A DNA stretch of 64,000 nt from Octopus vulgaris. Lineage: Eukaryota. The DNA lies in the NCBI GenBank assembly GCA_951406725.2, contig OX597817.1:42842001-42906000 (forward strand). Direction: 5' to 3'. The position numbers and the translations under genes are program-made. The notes under the pieces are model-generated. The model was not told where the DNA came from. It saw nothing but the letters and a program-made list of their open reading frames with translations, and searched no databases. Shown one piece after another: positions 54,501 through 60,600 of this stretch (positions are counted from its first letter, which is position 1; each line of letters opens with the position of its first letter).

Positions 54501-57500
54501 GCAAATATCTGAGTTTGCAGAAATTCCTGCCAACAATTTTGACATGGAAAATTTTATGTAAAAACAATAAAAGTAAATAAAACTTCTCTTTTCTATTCAT
54601 TTTTCCATTGTTTTAATTTTTTTTTCAACTTTTATTTATTTTAGGTTTGCTGTAGAAGACTCTAGTGACAACATTGTGTTTGAAGAGAACCAAGAAGCAA
54701 GTGGAGAGAGTCCATTAATTAAAGGGGGAACTCTCCTTAAACTTGTTGAACGACTCACCTACCATATGTATGCTGATCCCAAATTTGTACCAACATTCCT
54801 CACAACCTATAGATCCTTCTGTACACCACAAACGCTGTTGGATCTTTTAATTGAACGGTAAGAATAAGATAATTCTCTTTCAAAAATTCAGTTTGATAAG
54901 TTATGAACCAAAAGTATTATGTACTAAAGTTAAGTTTATCCTAAAACAATTCCCCATTTACATTAATTTCATTAAAAATAAACACCACAGATGCACACAC
55001 ACACGCACACTGTTGAATTTTAAATTTATCACGAATTTAGTGAAATTTAGAGTAAAATAATTAAGTTTATTATTATTATTATTATATGTTTGACTTTTGC
55101 TTTGTATTTGTACAAGTTGACTTCAAGTCTCACCCAGAGACCTCAAGAGACAAGTTAGAAGTTCAAGCTGGTGTTATGCCTAGAGTGTCATATATTTGAT
55201 TTTGCTCATAGTATTGCTCTAAAGAATGTTTAAGAAAACATAAGAAAATTATGAGTTTGTTTTAAGATTTGAGATTACATAGTCAGTATTTTACGTAGGA
55301 TATGAGCAGTTCCCATGAGCACTATCTGTTGAATTTCTGCCTTTTTTTGGGTTTCCTGGTATCTGATGAGCTAGGTAGAAATCAGCCCCTTTTGCTATCA
55401 TTCCTAGGGCACCTATGACAACAGGTATTGTTTTGATGTTGAGGTTCCACATTTTGTCAATTTCTACTTCAAGATCTTTATACTTGCTTAGTTTTTAGTA
55501 GGTCTTGACAGATACATTTATGTTGATTGGGATAATCATATCAATGAGGAGGCATGTTTTTTGTCTGAAATCTTTCTGGACTATTCATGTCTATCTTTTT
55601 GTCAGTTTGTTTGTTTGCTGCTGCTGTTGTTGTTAAGAAGGCAGCAAGCTGGCAAAATCATTAGCATGCTGGACGAATTCACTCACAAGGCTTTGTTTGG
55701 CTCAAGGCTATAGTAGAAGGCACTTGCCCAAGGTGCCATGCCGTAGCATTGAACCCGGAACCATGTGGTTGGTAAGCAAGCTTCTTACCACACAGCCACT
55801 CCTGCACCTTGTGTACACCAGCACAGAAATGCACACTTAATATTTTTGTCATGGTTCCTTCTCATTTTCTGCAACACTGGTATATTCAGAATATTTTCTT
55901 ATGAGCATCTGAGAACAGCTGTGCTGAACTGCATTTTTAAGAATGTCATTCATGTTAAGAGCAGCAGCTTATATGTAGGAAAAAACAATTCAGAGTTCAA
56001 TTAATCATAGTTGAATTGTTAATTAGCCAATATTTTAATGATCCTTTTTGATATTAAAAGTATAAAAAATAAATTCCTTTTATTTTTAGATTTGATATTC
56101 CTGAATCGGAAGTGAAACAACAAAGTGATGACAACCCCGCCTCTGGTGACCCCACCTCCCTTTCTTTACGTGATCTCAAACGTCTTCGAAAAGAATATAT
56201 CAAACCTGTGCAGTTTCGGTAAGCATTGTTTTTGTTTTTCTAATTCTTAGATATGAAATTGTTTAACTATTACCATCAAAGCTGTGAGCTGGCCAAATCT
56301 TTTGATAAAACGCTTGGCGGCATTTCTTTCAACTCTTTAGTTCTAAGTTCAAATTATGTTGTGTTCAACTTCACCTTTTATCCTTTCAAGATCATTAGAG
56401 TAAGTATCAACTGTACAATGGGGTCGATGTAATAGATGAAATCCCTCCTCATAGAATTGCTGGCCTTGTGCCAAAATTTGAAATGGTTATATTTTCAGTG
56501 TAAGCATATCTCTCAGAGCAGATTTGATTCTCTTATATATTGTCCATAAGAAAACTTGTTTTCATTTTTTGGAGTATTTTTTTAAACAAATTTTATTTTG
56601 TTTTTATTTAGCACAAATGATTGGGAAATATTTAATAAGCTTAAATTCTTTGTACATAGATTATCATCATTATCATACACCTTGGTATTTAAACTTAGAA
56701 ATGTGAGACCTATGCTGGTGGCATATAAAAAGCACGATTCAAGTGTGGTCGATGCCAGTGCCGCCTGACTGGCACCTGTGCCAGTGACATGTAAAATGCA
56801 CCATTTGAGCATGGCTGATGCCAGTACTGCCTGACTGGCATATAAAAAAACACCATTTGAGCATGGCCAATACCAGTGCCGCCTGACTGGCACGTAAAAA
56901 GGACCATTTGAATGTGGCCGATGTCAGTTCCACCTGACTGACTCCCGTGCTGGTGGCACATAAAAACACCCACTACACTTTCAGAGTGGTTAGTGTTAAG
57001 AAGGGCATCCAACTGTAGAAACCTTGCCAGATCAGATTGGAGCCTGGTGCAGCCTCCTAGCTTGACAGTTCTGAGTCAGACCATCCAACCTATGCCAGCA
57101 GGGAAAGCAGATGGTAAATAATGATGATGAGACATTCAAATTAAATACTATATGGCTAACCTAGCCATTTATTGTTGCTTTTTATATTTGGAATAGTTTG
57201 TGTATATTGTCCTCATCATCATCGTTTGCTGTCCATTTTTCTATGCTTGCATGGGTCTGACAATTGTTGAGACAAGTTTTCTGTCACTAGATTCCTTTCC
57301 TATCGCTACCTATTCTCAAGCAAGGTAATATTTTCTCATGATTTTGTGGAAGACTGGGAACAAACAACCTTGTTTGTATTATAATGCTTTTATACAACCA
57401 TCATAGCAAGGGTACACACACACACATATATACTCGATATGGTTCTTTCAGTTTCCATCCCCTTGTTCCACTCACAAGGCTTTGGTTGGTCCAGGGCTAT

Positions 57501-60500
57501 AGTAGACGACACTTGCCAAGGTGCTGCAATGTGGAATTGAACCCAAGACTGCATTTTGTATTTATTTTACACATGATCATTTTATGGCACTAAGGTGTTA
57601 TAATTTTCAGATTGAGCAAGTCCTGTACAACTTCTAATTAAAACTATTTGTCTCTACTCTTTACTTTTTCAGAGTTTTAAATGTTTTACGACATTGGGTA
57701 GAACGCCACTTTTACGACTTTGAAAGAGACAAAAGTCTACTTCAGAAACTCTTCAGCTTTCTGGATAGGATTCAGGGTAAAGCTATGAGGAAGATGGCTC
57801 GGTCGATTACAAAAGTAATTTATAGAAAGGTATATCATTTTTATTTTTAATTTCCATTTTGTTGCTGCTTGCATTAAATAAGTTTATTTTGCCTTTACTT
57901 CAAGTAATTATAGTTTGAAACAAGCTAATTGTACTACTTTTCATTCAGAAGACCTGTTGCTTAAATATTTGCCTTTAGCAAATCCATCAGACTACCAGTC
58001 GGGTCAGTGTCATCTCATTGGCTTTAGGAAATATTATTTTTATTACTCATATATTTACATACGGTTCATTCTGTTAATATAATTTTTAACAGAGAGAGAG
58101 AGTAGGAGTTTCCATCTAACAAATTCCATTCACAAAGTAATTGGTAAGCCTAAGCTTATAGAAAACTCAGAGCCACTAATTATTTTTACATTAAATATAT
58201 TTCTTACTCTGAAATAAGTTGACAAACAGAATCAATAAATAATTTATTAATGCTTGTTGATAATTTAGTCAACATAGAGTACTAATTCAACTCTTACTAA
58301 CAGCCACCCTTATCTCCCCCTTTATCCAGTTCATTTCTTTGTCGTATCAAACCACTGAAAACGAATATGTATTAATTTGATCCTTGATTTTCCTGTATTT
58401 CCAGGTTGAGAGTAGTAGTACTGAGAGAGGAACAGTATTACAATCTGTACCCCCTCCTTTTGAGTGGCATTTGGCATTTGCAAGTGAAGAGTTTGATCTC
58501 ATGACTGTAAGTATTCACCTCTTCATATCCTCTTGACAAAACCACAAAGTATGACAAATCTAAATATTACTCTTTGCTGTTTGTTCGTGCATCTGACACC
58601 TACTCTTGTTTATTGAAATATTACTCCTAAGTAAAAACAGGAGAGATACCACCATCATCATCATCATCATCAAAAATGGTTTTACAGCTGATATTGATAT
58701 TAATCGTGGTTTTTCTCTTTGATGTTAAATACTGTCGAATCTGCTTTTTACTTTGAACCCTTCAGCATTTAAGCTGGCCTAATCCGGCCCCAATATTCTA
58801 CCAGTTTTATGTTCAAACTGGCTAGATCTAGCCTCTCACTGGCATTCTAAAAATAAACAATCATATCACCAAAATCTCAAAGCTATCAGATGATGCTTGA
58901 TTAATTCAACCAAAAAAAGGCTAAGGAATGTTTTTTCAACAACTTCCAGGTGGTTATTTAGATGTGTTGAAATCAGTAAGTAAATAGTGAATAGTTTCGA
59001 GTTAACTTAGTATTTTACTATGATGATCAATAACAATTTCTTTAATAATTTGAAAATACCTTATTTTATAAGTAACTTCAAACTGAAGATGAACTATATG
59101 GATCTCTCCAAACTGAAGATTTGCTAAGGTCATAGGCATTGCTTTTCTTGTTTTCAACTGAAATAAATAAAACGCAAGTAATGTAATTTCATTTTTTGAA
59201 AATATTTTTTCTAACTGTGCTGAGACTATTTTTAACTTTATTTTTCAGTTACATCCAATAGAAATTGCCCGTCAGGTAACACTATTAGAATTTGATTTAT
59301 ACCGAGCAGTGCAACCATCTGAGTTGGTTGGCAGTGTATGGATCAAGAAGGATAAAAACAAAACTTCACCAAACTTACTAAAGATGATTCACCACTCGAC
59401 TATGGTAATTCATTTATTTAATAAGATTTTGCAAAAGATTTCCCAAAAAGGAAACTTTTTAACCAAAGTGAAATATTTTCCTCTGATCTATTAGTTGATT
59501 CTGAAATAGGAATTCTTAAATTTCAAAAAAATTAATTTAAAATGATATTTACCTTTTATTAATTTATGATACTGAAGTCAAATTACACCTGTTATTTTGT
59601 AATTGGTAATATAGTTTGAATAATTGAATATATATTTTAACCTAATGTATTGAAGCTGACTTGCATGAATTACATGCTTTCATATTTATACAAACGTTTG
59701 TGTATGTGTGTGTGTATGTACGCGCACACACATAATCCTTGTAGTCTTTAATTTTAAAACATTCCTGTTGAAACTGGTTTATGCTCGGCCAGATCTCATT
59801 ATTAAGAATCTCCATCAAAAGTTTCCAAGTATTTTGTATGCCTTGTAAGGCTATGGATCTGCACCTGAAAAGTTCCTATCCAAATTGCAGGCCCGGGCAA
59901 GGTTTTTCTATGGAAGACCAGTAATTGCCTTTGCATGCATGGCTCCCCTGTCCATGCCCCTGGTATTATCCATGAAAATGTAAGGGCTGATACAGCTTGG
60001 CACCAGTGTTGTCACAGCTGTTGTTGCCAGACTGCTTTCTCATCTAACAATTTAATGATCCTACCAACCCATTATTCTTTGACTGCTATTTTATGTATTT
60101 ACCAAGCCCCAAAAGGGTGAAAGGCAAAGTTTAAACTTGGTAAGATTTGAACCAGGTGAAATATTGTAAGACATTCTAACCACTATTCTAATGGCTCTGC
60201 CCATATACTGCTTAGATTCAAAGCAGTTATTAATCAGTTACTGTGAGGACAAATGTTATTTAATCGGGGAATGTTTATGGGATAAAGTCACCCCCTCAAA
60301 TGGATTTTTGGGAAAATATTAAGATACTCATTACTTTAAAAAATGGAATAAACTTAAATTATATTGAAATATCTTCTTTTTTTTTTTCATGTCATAATGA
60401 AAAGAGAATTTGAGCTTTTTAAATAGTTTCCTGTTTAATATAAATTTCTGATATTTGTTAATTGAAGTCTAATGATGAAAAGAAATTAAATCCTGGTAGG

Positions 60501-60568
60501 AGTTCAACTCAGTACTATCAGACACAGAACTAAATAAATAAATTCCACAGAAGTAAATTGATAAATGT

Positions 60569-60600
<32 letters not shown>

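Noticed and set aside
56712-56970. CRISPR-like array of palindromic repeats
   Set aside because: No unique spacers, units are degenerate, no cas genes, eukaryotic intron; it is part of an RTE 3' UTR.
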